From Mustelus asterias (lineage: Eukaryota), in contig NC_135808.1 in NCBI RefSeq assembly GCF_964213995.1, positions 50,220,001-50,284,000 on the forward strand: a DNA stretch of 64,000 bases. Direction: 5' to 3'. The notes beneath the pieces are model-generated. The model was not told the origin of the DNA. It did no database searches and worked only from the letters and a program-made list of their open reading frames with translations. Below, piece by piece: positions 14,770-27,740 of this stretch; the stretch's first letter is position 1, and each line of letters begins with the position of its first letter. The translations under genes were made by a program, and so were the position numbers.

Positions 14770-16253
14770 TTGGTGCTGGGAAATGAACCAGGCCAAGTGT
14801 TAGATTTGGTTGTGGGAGAGCACTTTGGAGATAGTGACCAACAATTCGGTGTCTTTTGTTATTGCAATGGAGAGGGATAGGGCCATATGGCAGGGCAAGG
14901 TTTACAATTGGGGGAGAGGTAATTATGATGCGATTAGGCAAGAATTAGGGGGCATAAGATGGGAACAGAAACTGTCAGGGAAAGGCACTAATGAAAAGTG
15001 GAACTTTTTGAAGGAACAAATACTGGGTGTCCTTGATAGGTATGTCCCTGTCAGGCAGGGAGGAAATGGCCGAGTGATGTCATATACATGGATTTTAGTA
15101 AGGCGTTTGATAAGGTCCCCCATGGTCGCCTTATGATGAAAGTAAGGAGGTGTGGGATAGAGGGAAAGTTGGCCGATTGGATAGGTAACTGGCTATCTGA
15201 TCGAAGACAGAGGGTGGTGGTGGATGGAAAATTTTCGGACTGGAAGCAGGTTGCTAGCGGAGTGCCGAAGGGATCAGTGCTTGGCCCTCTGCTCTTTGCG
15301 ATTTTTATTAATGACTTAGAGGAGGGGGCTGAAGGGTGGATCAGTAAATTTGCTGATGACACCAAGATTGGTGGAGTAGTGGATGAGGTGGAGGGCTGTT
15401 GTAGGCTGCAAAGAGACGTAGATAGGATGCAAAGCTGGGCTGAAAAATGGCAAATGGAGTTTAACCCTGATAAATGTGAGGTGATTCATTTTTCTAGGAC
15501 TAATTTAAATGTGGATTACAGGGTCAAAGGTAGGGTTCTGAAGAATGTGGAGGAACAGAGAGATCTTGGGGTCCATATCCACAGATCTCTAAAGGTTGCC
15601 ACTCAAGTGGATAGAGCTGTGAAGAAGGCCTATAGTGTGTTAGCTTTTATTAACAGGGGGTTGGAGTTTAAGAGCCGTGGGGTTATGCTGCAACTGTACA
15701 GGACCTTGGTGAGACCACATTTGGAATATTGTGTGCAGTTCTGGTCACCTCACTATAAGAAGGATGTGGAAGCGCTGGAAAGAGTGCAGAGGAGATTTAC
15801 CAGGATGCTGCCTGGTTTGGAGGGTAGGTCTTATGAGGAAAGGTTGAGGGAGCTCGGGCTGTTCTCTCTGGAGCGGAGGAGGCTGAGCGGAGACTTAATA
15901 GAGGTTTGTAAAATGATGAAGGGGATAGATAGAGTGAACGTTCAAAGACTATTTCCTCGGGTGGATGGAGCTATTACAAGGGGGCATAACTATAGGGTTC
16001 ATGGTGGGAGATATAGGAAGGATATCAGAGGTAGGTTCTTTACGCAGAGAGTGGTTGGGGTGTGGAATGGACTGCCTGCAGTGACAGTGGAGTCAGACAC
16101 TTTAGGAACATTTAAGCGGTTATTGGATAGGCACATGGAGCACACCAGGATGATGGGGAGTGGGATAGCTTGATCTTGGTTTCAGATAAAGCTCGGCACA
16201 ACATTGTGGGCCAAAGGGCCTGTTCTGTGCTGTACTGTTCTATGTTCTATGTT
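14770..16253 (+). mobile_element. CR1 LINE (internally deleted) inserted in the ERV
   Basis: 361-aa RT/C-terminal frame with FADD; TTCTATG tail. Confidence 0.92.
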
Positions 16254-17234
16254 TAATCGTAGTTCTGATTACCCCAAGTTACAGCAGGAGATTAACCTCA
16301 GTTGTTAATACAAATAAAGATGTTGTCCTTGAGTATTTTTGAACACCATGAATTGTTGGAACTTGTGTTACCAGTTAGTTATTTTTAAATGACATGATTA
16401 ATAATATGAAATTTGTGATGTTCCGATAACATGCAACAAATTACATAATTTAAACCATCTCACATTGATGATAGTTCTGTAAAATTATTTACTGCCGTTG
16501 GAATTGCGTGTGCCATCTATTGTTCAAGGTTTTCCAGATGTAAAAACACTGCAAAGCTTAAAACCTAGCCAGCTTGGAATCAAACCAAAACATTTCTAAT
16601 CAAGTAACAATTGTTATTGTTATATGTATTGTGCTTGTTATTGTTCTAAAATGCAGGGATTCTGATCTGGAGCAGTTCAAAAATAAAAACGACTTAAATT
16701 AAGAGGGTTTGGATATACCCAAGAGAATCAAATCCTGGAGAGCCTTAACCAATTTTATATGTTGATATATATTGTGTATTGATACAACATAATTCTGTGG
16801 AAGAAAAGGCTATTTATTCCAAACATTTAACCATTCTTTGCCATAATTTGTAATAATTTGCACAATTAACATTAACATGAGAGGAAGTGAAACCGGATTA
16901 CAAGGGAAAGAGAGAGAGAGAGAGAAAGAGTTGGTGACTGGCCTTACAACCAGACTCAAAAATCTTGCAGCATTCGACTGGACACAACAGATAGCTCATT
17001 CGGTTATCTGTGTTTTTAAAGAGCTGTGTCTGGCTCAGTGACCACGTAACACTGTTGTTTACCTCATGAGATAATCTGTCTATAGAGGGATCATTTCTGC
17101 TCAAACAAATGATCATATTAGATATAATGTAAGATACATCATACAAAGATCGGAGCTGTATAGTATATGATTTTAAGTACACTAAGCTCTCTATGCAAGG
17201 GGGGTATGTAGTTAAATGTATAATGCACTGGCTT

Positions 17235-17665
17235 TTGTGGCCAAAGGTATTGCCCACCATACTAATGAGATTAAGGGTTGCCACAAACCAAACAACCGGA
17301 TTAACCCCTTATGAGCTAATGACAGGACAGGCGATGCAATTACTAGAAAGCACCATAACAGGTGGGACTGATGTAGGTCCACTAAAAGATAAAATCAGGA
17401 GATATGTTTTGGAACTAAGCACCCAACTAAAAGGGATGCGTAAATTGGTAAAAGACAATTAGGAGATAAGAGACACAGAGAGAGAGCTTGAAATGCTCCC
17501 TGACATCCCAACAGCGGGACGTCCGAGTGAAAACAGTACCTGACAAATCAGGGTTTGTACTAAAATGGGATGGGCCGTATGAAGTTATAATTAGTGAAGA
17601 TACCTGTGCCTGCATAGACATAAGGGGGAAAGGTCATTAAACTCAGTTGAAAGAATATGCTGAAA
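17235..17665 (+). pseudogene. Second, diverged copy of the ERV integrase C-terminus
   Basis: WPKVLPTILMRLRVATNQTTGLTPYELMTG...GPLKDKIRRYVLELS parallels 13010-13200. Confidence 0.85.
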
Positions 17666-17818
17666 CTAATTGGGAAATTATGTGATATCCTCCCATTGCA
17701 GGAATGTACAGACAATAACCAACCTCCAAGCAAGCTGAACTGGTGCGCGGTGTTTCGCGCGGGCGGTAGCCTTTGGACCGTTGTATAACGGTCGCGCGGG
17801 TTATTAGTAAGTGATAAG

Positions 17819-18115
17819 ATGTTTTTCATGTTACTTCTCACGACCCTGGCCCTGTTAGCTATAGTGGGAAAGTATAGATGGAATTATGAGAATTTGGGGA
17901 TGGGACACAGTGAACATCTCTGTGACGATGACTCTGTCTATTGTATGAACACCTTTGTGTATATGTCTTATCTCTATGCATCACAATTGAATTTGAGCAA
18001 GTGCTGGGTCTGTTCACACATTCCCACGCACGGAGGAAAGGGAGGAATTCCTTTATTCCCTATCCCTTTATCAGCTCCAGATACACAATATCGGGACCTC
18101 TCAGGCCAGTTCTGA
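17819..18115 (+). pseudogene. env: Truncated ERV env (signal peptide plus SU N-terminus)
   Basis: Hydrophobic N-terminus and NLSKCWVCSHIP CxxC motif, directly after the integrase tail. Confidence 0.75.
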
Positions 18116-18852
18116 CGTTATCAGTAAAAACAGAACTGTTATACATTTTCTTAATCTGATTCTCCGCCTTACATTAGTTTAAAATTAATTTCATTTAATG
18201 TCCATATGTTAACATAAATTATTGCCAAATGCCTCAGCTAACCACTTAGTACTTTCCAGCATGATGGTTTCTCATTCGTCCATTACAACCGGACATTACT
18301 CACTTGTTGGCTAAAGCTATTTCCCTGTTGCCTGGATGCGGTAGATGCTACCGTAAGGGTCAAAGTGGAGGTTCCTACCAGCTCACTGCCAAGCTGAATA
18401 GACATGTGTTGCTGCATCCAGGGTCATGTCTATTCTATGTCTGGGCTGTGAATTGATTTAAACATTATGTTGCACAATGTGTTCCCTCATCGGGATCTCC
18501 CAGATATGAGTTTGCAAACTAATGGGTTCCCAGGCCTTTGGCTCGAAACATTTTACCTTTCCCACCATACCTTTCAGTACCTTGCATTGGCCAAAGTGTA
18601 CAATCACAGTAAAATACTTGAAATACATTTAGAATATCAACTTCTATGTCTTAAAATCATAGTTGTTTTAATTCTCTTACTGTGCTCACATGTGGGTAAG
18701 TTATCATTTAACTCCTTACTGTTCGCTCTGCCAGTGCTTGTACTCTCTAAAAATGAAGTGAAATGTAAAATAATCCCTTTCATCTCCCCATGGGGCTCGG
18801 TCTCAGATTGTTCTTGTGAAGCACGTGAATACAAGTTGTATTATATTGGCAG

Positions 18853-19140
18853 TTGTGTGTGTGGTGTGTGTGTGATGCCTCCCATATTTGATGAGCTGGG
18901 AATTGTGTGTGTGTGTGTGTTTTCGTGTGTGTGTTTTCGTGTGTGTGTGTGTTTTCGTGTGTGTGTTTTCGTGTGTGTGTGTGTTTTCGTGTGTGTGTGT
19001 GTTTTGTGTGTGTACGTCTGTGGGTGTGTGTGTGCGTGTGTGTTTTCGTGTGTGTGTGTGTTCGTATGTGAGTGTGTGTGTGATGCCACCTGTTGTTGAT
19101 GAGCTAGGAATTGTGTGTGTGTGTGTGTGTGTGTGGTGCC
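18853..19140. repeat. Compound (TG)n microsatellite
   Basis: TG runs punctuated by ttttcg. Confidence 0.9.
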
Positions 19141-19705
19141 TCCTGTGATTGATGAGGCAAATGCTTTAGGGGGTAAGGGGGGGTAAGAGGGCACGGGGGT
19201 GGGTGAGGGTTCGGATGCATTGTGGCTTTGGGTGAGTTTGAGATTGGGGGATATTGTGAAGGGCAGGTCAGGTCACGGGGTGGTTGGTGTTTTTTGGTGC
19301 TGCCAATCGGTCAGGTGGGTATTCAGGAAGCTGAGGGGGTCAGACAGGGGACATGTTTCAGTTTTACACTGACCCCGGTGTTGGAACTGCTCTGAATCGT
19401 TCTAACTTTTCCTGGGTAACAATTCTGGGCAGTAAGTCAGAAACATCTGAATTCTCCAGATTTCAGTCCGAGATTCAGAGAGTTCCAGACTCAGGGGAAT
19501 TCCCCATATAGATCCGGGATACGACCATCCGGAGATTGGAAGTTCTGGGTCAGGAGCTCAGACCAACCAAAGATGAGATAAAGAGGTGGACAATGAGAGT
19601 TTGAAAGGATCAAAGTGAGTTGGAGAGGTGGAGGGGGTTATGGAGGGAATTCCAGAGCTTGGAACCCAGGCAGCTGAAGGCTTGGCCACCAATGGTGGAG
19701 ACATT

Positions 19706-21005
19706 GGGCCTGATTTTACCATTTTCATTCCAAGTGCCGAATCTGGGCGCAATTCAGATCCGACTGAGAAATCTGCTTTCAGGCGCCCCCCATACACACC
19801 CAGCTTGATTAAAAAAACCGCGGGTTCCATTCGCGGTGTGGGCGGGGCGTAGCGCACCCGAAACGATCGGAGCTCTGAACTGCGCATGCGCAGTTGGAAA
19901 CAAATGTGAAAAAGTGTGCCCAAGTCAGATCGCTCCCGGACCGCAGAAAGCGGAGAAAGTGGCTCGGGAGCGAAAAGCGGGAGCGATGGCCCCCACAGAC
20001 ATCACTGTCCCCCTTATCAACGCCCCCCCCCACTACCCAGACCGATCGTGACTCCTGCCCCCTTCCCCCCCCCACCGATCACCCGCAGAGTGGCAGCGGA
20101 CTCCCCTGCCCCCCTCCCCTGCCCCACCAGAGATCCATCTGTGCCCCCCCCTGACCAGTGCCCCCCCCTGACCAGTGAGCGATCGGGCCTCCCCCCCCCT
20201 TCACCAGAGACACATCTTACCCGCCTCCCTCCTCCCCCCCCCATCTCAGAGAATGATCGGGCCTCACTCCCCCCACCCAGAGGAACATCTGACCCGCCTC
20301 CTCCTCCCTCCCCACCAGACAATGATCAGCCCTCCCCGCCCTCCCCACCACCAGACAACGATCGGGCCTCCCTCCACCCCCTCCCCATCTCCCCACCAGA
20401 GATACATCTGACCCGCCTCCTCCTCCTTCCACCCCCCCGTCCCCCCCGCCAAACCAGACAACGATCGGGCCTCCCTCCCCCCCACCCCGCCCCCCACTCC
20501 CCACCAGAGATACATCTGACCCATGTCCTCCTCCTGCGCCCCCTCCCCACCCCCAACCAGACAACGATCTGGCCTCACTCCCCTCCCCCCCACCCCCCCA
20601 ACCAGAGAATGTTCTGACCTGCCTCCCTCCTCCCCCCCACCACCGATCTGAGTCAGGGAGCCGCTGGAAGCTCTGAACTCGCTCTTCAGCAGCTGGAGCG
20701 CCCGATTCAGACTTTTATTCAGCATGTCCGTTTCGGCGCGATTCCGGGTCGGTGAACGTGGCGGTAAAGGGGGAAATGCTGATAAAGGTGGGCGGGCAGT
20801 TCATTAATTCAATTGAAATACATGCAAATACATTTAAATCACCGTTGCCCCCATTTCGGGTGCGAAGCGGATCGCCACCATTCCCGGGTCGGTAAAGTAG
20901 CCATCTGCGCGGACGCGGGCGCGGATCGCGTTAATGGCCTCACACCCGACTTTACCACGTTTTCCCACCCAAAAACGGGCGCGACGCAATGGTAAAATAG
21001 GGCCC
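19706..21005. mobile_element. Non-autonomous DNA transposon, PIF/Harbinger-like, with internal C-rich repeats
   Basis: Imperfect TIR GGGCC..ATTTTACCATT at both ends, 3-bp TSD ATT; CpG-rich. Confidence 0.75.
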
Positions 21006-22701
21006 ATTATGATCAGGAATGTACAAGAGGCCAGGATTAGAGGAACACAGATATCTCGAAGGGTTGTGGGGCTAGAGGAGATTCCAGAGAGAGGGAGGGA
21101 GTGAGGACATGGAGGGATTTGAAAACAAGGATGAGAAGTTTAAAATCAAGACATTGCTTGATCAGGAGCCAGTGTAGGCCAGTGAGCACAGGGGGTGATA
21201 GGGGAACGGGACTTGGTGTGAGTTCAGACTGGGACAGCAGAGTTTGGGATGAGCTGATGTGTGCGGAGGGTGGAATGTGGGAGAGCAGCAAGGAGTGTAT
21301 TGGGATAGTCACGTCTAGAGGAACAAAGGCTTTTTCAGCAGCAGATGGACCGAGAACAGCAGGTAGCTCTCATGGACAAGATGAGCTCAGAGAAGCCATG
21401 AGGGGGGATTGGAGAGAAACTAGAGAAAGATGTGAGTTCAGGGCTCGGGCGGGGGAGGTGGGGGGGGGGTGGTGGGGGGCGGGGGGGCAGGGGGGGGTAG
21501 AATTAGAGGATGTTTGTCCAGATGGTTAGAGGAAGGAAGGGACGTGGCAGAGGCAGCTGATTGGATTGTCTCAATCTTAGTCACAAAGACCTCGGTGAGA
21601 TCCTCACACTTGTTGCTGGAGGTGAGGGGGGAGGGGACAGGGGAGAGGGGTTTAAGAAGTTGGTCTGCAGTTGGGTAAAGAAGGCGGAGCTTATCTTCTC
21701 ATTCCAGGATGATCCTGGAATAGTCAGCAGTTTTAGCAGATGAGAGTAGGAGCCGGAAGTGTTTGAAGTGCTCCAGCCAGATCAGCCAGTGGATGGATGA
21801 ACCAGTTGTCCACCAGATCCTTTCAAGTCTGTGTCCCTGGGATGAAGTGAGTGGAGATGAGGCCGGAGCAGGGGGAACGGCCGGGGGGAGAGGGAATCAT
21901 GGTTTTATTGGGGATTAGGATATCAAAGGTGGGGGTGAGGGGGAGCCAATCAGTCGCTGCAGAAATGTTGTGGTGATCGGAGGGCCAGAGACTCGATAGT
22001 TGGGATTTGGAAAGTGCGGTTGTAAGTGAATGGACACAGCTGGAAGAGTTGGGTGAGGAGAAACAAAGGGGTTGCCTCCCCACAGAGCTGGTCTGAGAAT
22101 CAACTGGCTTCTGGTAAAATGAAATTTAAGATAGATGGGAATTGGAAAGTGCGGTTGTAAGTGGATTGGGGAATAGGTTTTTGCAGGGATGGATACAGAA
22201 GGGGGTAGGGTTGGGGGTGTGGAAGGAGGATGTGGCTGGGGAGTGATACAAGGAAGTGATCAGAGATGGTCTTATCTCTGATTGAAACTCTGGGAGCAGT
22301 GAGACCACGTGAGATTGTTAAGGTCAAGGGGGAGGTGGTGAATATGGGGTGGAGAATTGTGATTGTGATGGTTTAATCCCAGCAACTTTCAGTTTCTTTT
22401 CTGTTTTCAATCTTGTCACTCAAGAGATTCCAGATCAAACTGATCATTTTCAAATGAATGATCATTGGCTTTGAATCCAATCTTCTGCAGATGTGTCATT
22501 GATTGACAGACCAAGCAGCCAATCAGGACAATCACTTGGTGAAATGCAGCCAATCAGCCGATGGGGAGGTGGGACGTTTCCAAAGCACTCACCAGACAGA
22601 AACGGAATATTCTTAATGTTTATTACCTTTTACACATTGACATTGACAGAAAAAACAGCCCAGCCAGAGGAAGCTGGAGAAATTCACAGGGAGAATGGAG
22701 G

Positions 22702-22707
22702 TTTATT
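22702..22707 (-). terminator. Probable polyadenylation signal of the light-chain transcript
   Basis: AATAAA ~430 nt downstream of the C stop codon. Confidence 0.6.
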
Positions 22708-23139
22708 AAAACACTTGTGGAGATTTTCTCAATAACATGAGAATCCTGTCCCTTTAAACAGTGACTAAAGCTTCAATTGTAACTGCAGGGTGAGCAGGAA
22801 GGAGGTCTGGTTTACTGAAGCAGACACTTCACAGGGTCACATTATTATTGTACAGCTGACACTCTTCAGCATCTTCCAGAGGTTGTACTTGTTATCACGA
22901 GTCTGCACTGTCCCCATCAAACTCTCCCAGGACAGTAACACCACAGGGTTAAATACAAAGTAAAGCTCCCTCTACACTATACCAATAACGTGCTTTAACC
23001 CCTGACCCTCAGAAGTGTCTCAGACCCAGTCCCGAGGAGGAAGAGAGTTGTAATTCAATGCTGATAATGACCTTTGCCCTCCCAGCTCACCCCTGTTCTA
23101 TTCCAAGTTGTGCCTCCTCTGTGGACTGTCTCTAACACT

Positions 23140-23468
23140 CTAGGCACATTCTGATCTACTGACGCTCTTGCTGAGGGGCGAGGAGAGGCTGACGTGTGTG
23201 AGGGCACAGGAGAAGCGGGCGTTGGACTCCCAGTCGGAGCCAGAGAGGGTCAGCAGGCTGCTGACGCTGTAGGTGTTGTCTGAAGCTCGCAGGTAGTTGC
23301 TGGTCTGAATCCCGTTGGAAATGGCTGCACCGTCCTTCTTCCACTTCACCTCCACCTCATCGGGATAGAAGTGATTGGCAAGGCACACCAGGGTGGCAGT
23401 GCCCTTGGTCTTGACCTCCTCCGGGGAGGGGGGCAGCAGGGTCAGCGTGGGTTGCGAATTCTCACGGG
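23140..23468 (-). CDS. IGKC: Ig kappa-type light chain constant exon (RENSQPTLTLLPPSPEEV...ATLVCLANHFYP...W...YSVSSLL...FSC...SRSECA*)
   Basis: TTCTCTTTCAG acceptor in phase with J; C1-set Ig motifs; penultimate Cys for the H-L disulfide; TAG stop. Confidence 0.96.
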
Positions 23469-26400
23469 CTGAAAGAGAAGAGAAGGAATTTTAATCACTG
23501 CCATTTACAGGCTTTCAACTTCCCGAATATTGACTGGGATCAAATCAGTGTCAATGTTTCGATGTTGCAGAATTCTGAAAATCCATTCCGGGGGAAATTT
23601 TTTAACCAGCACGGAACAATCCCAACAAGCGAAGGGGCAGTTTTGGGCAGTTTTATAGAATGAATCTCGGCATGTGGAAGGTGTATCAGTGGGAGAGCAT
23701 TTGGGTAATAGTGATCATAATACAGTTAGATTTAGAGTAGTTACGGAAAAGGGGAAAGATCGATCAAGAGTAAACGTTTTAAATTGGGAAAAGGCCAATT
23801 TCACGAAACTGGGATTTGCCAAAATGGAGAGGAAACAGCGACTTGAAGGTAAATCAGTGTCAGAGCAGTGGGAGGATATTCGAGCTGGAGATGGAGTTCA
23901 GAACAAATATGTTCACACAAAGCAATAGCGTGGGACATTGCAAAGAGGATAACTAAGGAATGAATAGGGCAGGTCAGAGAGCAACAAGGTAACTTGTGTG
24001 TGGAGGGAGAAGACACGGTGATGGTTCTTCATGAATAATTTACATCAGATATCACAAATGAGAGGGATAAAGCTAACATTGTAGTTCAGGAGGAGAGGGA
24101 TTGTGAAATAATCAATGGGATAATGATAGTGTGGGAGGAGATATTAATGTGCTTATCATCTTTGAAAGTGGAGAAATTCCCAGGCCCGGGTGAAATGTAT
24201 CCCAGGATGCGAAGGGAAGCACGGGAAGAAAAAGCAGAGACTCTGACCATTATTTCCCAATCCTCTCTGGCTACAGGTGTGGTGTGGGAGGACTGGAGGA
24301 CGGATAATGCTGTTTAAAATTACAGGCTGATGGGATTCAAGGGAAAGTGGCACGTTCGATTTCAAATTAGTTCAGTGTCTGGGGGTAAAGGTTTGATTTG
24401 AAGCTGGTTAAATCATTTTGCATATATAAAGAAAGTTACAACAAATTCAGCACTGAAATGGTTAATAATGAGAGTATTTAAAGACACAGTGTCCCTTTAA
24501 GAGACTGTTAACCAGTCAGGAAGCTGGAACTATTGTTCAGTCTGTCTGGGGGAAACAGGTTGAGCATCAACAAACCTCAGATCACACACAGATCAGGAGA
24601 ACTTTATCCCAGAACATTGCAGCAGACTTGGATCAACACACTTCACACAGGATTCTGATTGGCTGTCAGTGTAGAAGCTTCCAGATTTCATTTCAAACCT
24701 TACCCCCAGCACTTGGCTGAGGTCAAGGGTGAGGTTAGAATTAGTCTCAGTGTCCAGGGGTCAGACAGGGTCACTGCTCCGAATGACCCCATGAACTCTG
24801 GAGGATGTGAGTGTGTGAATAATGAGTGAGGGTTAGGATCAGGAATCTCCAACCTCAAAGACAGAATTACATTTCTATAGCACCTGTCACCACCTCAGAA
24901 TGTCCCAAAGTGTTTTACAGCTCATTGTGCACAGCAAGATCCCAGGGAGCAGAGTGAGAATGAACAGATAAGCAGATTTGTAGTGATGTTGATTGAGGGA
25001 TAAATATTGAACAGTACATCGGGGTGAACTCCCCTGCTCTTCTTCCAATGGTACCATGGAATCTTTCACACCCCCTGAGAGGACAGATATCAGTTTGTCT
25101 CACCTGAAAGACGGCACCTCTGACAGTGCAGCACTCGCTCAATACTGCACTGGATCTCAGCCTGGATGATGTGGGATTTGAGGTATCATTCTGTTTCTGT
25201 GGATTCTCTGCTGCTTTCAGTTGAATGAAGAGTGCAGGAGGACATGGCAGGAGCAACAGCAGACATACTGAAAAATGAGGAATGAGACCACTTGGGGAGG
25301 GTGGAGCTGTTCCCCAGCCAGAGAGAGTGTCTTCAGGAGAGAGATGGAGAGCAGATTGTGGGAGGCCTGTAGTCTAGAGGGGGGACATTTAACCAGTCGC
25401 TGACAGGTGCTGAGCCCTTTCCCCATGAGGATTTTGGAAGTGGATGCGGAAAGTGGGAGGTGAACTAGAGAAATGTCTTTGTTGCTGCTGAAACTCTTGC
25501 TATCTGCTCAGTCACATCTAATAAACACACAGACAAATCAGACAAACATCAGTCTGTTTCTGTGGATTCTCTGCTGCTTTCAGTTCAATGAAGAGTGCAG
25601 GAGGACATGGCAGGAGCAACAGCAGACATACTGAAAAATGAGGTGTTAACCTGGTGAAGCTACAACACAGGACTGTGTGTCAAACAGCAGAAGCAGCAAG
25701 TGATAGACAGAGCTAAACCATCCCACAAACAATGGATCAAATCAAAACTCTGCAGTCCTGCCACATCCAGCCGTGAATGGTGGTGGACAATTAAACAACT
25801 CACTGGAGGAGGAGCTCCACAAATATCCCCATCCTCAATGACGGAGGAACCCAGAACATCAGTGCAAAAGATAAGGCTGAAGCATTTGCAGCAATCTTCA
25901 GCCAGAAGTGCCACGTGGATGATCCATCTCGAACTCCTCTGGAGGTCCTGAAGACGTGTGCTCCAGAACTTCCAGCGTCCCTAGCCAAGCTGTTCCAGTA
26001 CATCTACAACACTGGCATCAACCCAACATTGTGATAAATTACCCGGTTATGAGCTGTGCACAAAAAACAGGACAAATCCAATCCGCACGATAACCGCCCC
26101 ATCAGTCTACTCTCGATCATCAGCAATGTGATCTGAACATATCCAGAGCGATTACCAAGCAGCACTTACTCAGCAATAATCTGCTCACTGACACTCAGTT
26201 AGTGTTCCGCCAGGGTCACTCAGCTCCTGACCTCATTACAGCCTTGGTTCAAACATGGACAAAAGAGCTGAACTCCAGAGGTGAGGTGAGAGTGACTGCC
26301 CTTGACATCAAGGCAGCATTTGAGCAAGTGTAGCATCAAGGAGCCCTCGCAAAACTGGAGCCAATGGAAATCAGGGTTAAACTCTCCGCTGGTTGGAGTT

Positions 26401-27431
26401 ATACCCAGCACAAAGGAAGATGGTTGTTGTTTGGGGTTTAACTCTACAATCTATATTAATGAGCTGGATGAAGGGAATGAGAGGAATGTCACTAAACGTG
26501 CTGATGATAAAATGAAAAGTAGAAATACAAGTTGTGAGGAGGATACAGAGTCTGAAAAGGGATAGAGATAGGTTCAGTGAGTGGGAAAACATTGACAGAT
26601 GGAGTATAATGTGGGAAAATGTGAGATTGTCCACTTTGGCAGGAGGATTGAACAGAATACTAGTTAACTGGAGAGATTCTATCGAGTGATCTGGATGTCT
26701 TTGCATCCAATAATAGCAAGGAATTAGGAAGGCAAATGGAATGTTGCTCTTCATTGCAATGAGGATGAGTATAAAAGTAGGGATGTTTTGCTGCAGCTGT
26801 ACAGCACCTTGAGAACATCACACCTGGAATATTGTGGACACTTAGGGTCTCCATACTTAAGGAAGGATATAGTAGCATTGGAAAGAGTTCAGAGATGGTT
26901 CACGAGGCTGATTCCACTGAGTAATGGATTGTCTTATGAGGAAAGCTTGAGCAGGTTGGGCCAATACTCATTGGAGTAGAACTTATTCCACCACCTCAGC
27001 ACCATCTTCACCAGGGCAATTAGGGATGGGTAATAAATGCTGGTCTGCATAGAATCACAGAAAATAGGAAGAGGAGGAGGCCATTCGGCCCTTTGAGCCT
27101 GTGCCACTATTCATCATGATCATGCCTTCCCCACCAAATCCTTTGATCCTATTCACCCCAAGAGTTAAATCTAACTCCTTCTTGAAAACGTACAATATTT
27201 TGGCCTCAACTGCTTTCTGTGGTAGTGAATTCCACAGGTTTACGCCTCTCTGGGTGAAGGAATTTCTCCTCACCTCAGTCCTAAAAGGTTTACCCCATAT
27301 CCTCAGACTGTGACCCCCTCAAACTGGACGCTCCCAGCACTGGGAACATGCTTCCTGTATCTACCCTGTCTAGTCCTGTTGGAATTTTATTGATTTTTAT
27401 GTGATCCCCCATCATTCTTCTGAACTGCAGT

Positions 27432-27740
27432 GGGGGCAGCACGGTGGCACAGTGGTTAGCACTGCTGCCTCACAGTGCCAGGGGGCTAGGTTCGATTCCC
27501 GGCTTGGGTCACTGTCTGTGTGGAGTTTGCACATTCTCCCCATGTCTGTGTGGGTTTCCTCCAGGTGCTCCGGTTTCCTCCCACAGTCCAAAAGGTGTGC
27601 AGGTTAGGTGAATTGGCCAAGCTAAAGTCTCTCTCAGTATACCCGAACAGGCGCCGGAATGTGGCCACATGGGGATTTTCACAGTGACTTCATTGCAGTG
27701 TGAATGTCAGCCTATTTGTGACTAATAAATAAACTTTATA
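27432..27740 (+). mobile_element. tRNA-derived SINE with AATAAATAAACTTT tail
   Basis: ggcagcacggtggcacagtggttagcactgctgcctcacag...ggttcgattccc. Confidence 0.85.

Noticed and set aside
18467-19194. Cys/Val- and His/Thr-rich ORFs
   Set aside because: Translations of the (TG)n microsatellite
18116-19500. 3' LTR of the ERV
   Set aside because: No repeat of 7413-8090 and no PPT found; the provirus is 3'-truncated
19916-20725. Proline/glycine-rich ORFs
   Set aside because: Translations of C-rich low-complexity repeats inside a non-autonomous transposon
24695-24740. Additional J segment in the J-C intron (GTAAG donor-like site)
   Set aside because: No FGxG motif and no adjacent RSS
27432-27505. 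tRNA genes
   Set aside because: A/B boxes belong to SINE heads; no complete cloverleaf and the sequence continues into SINE body
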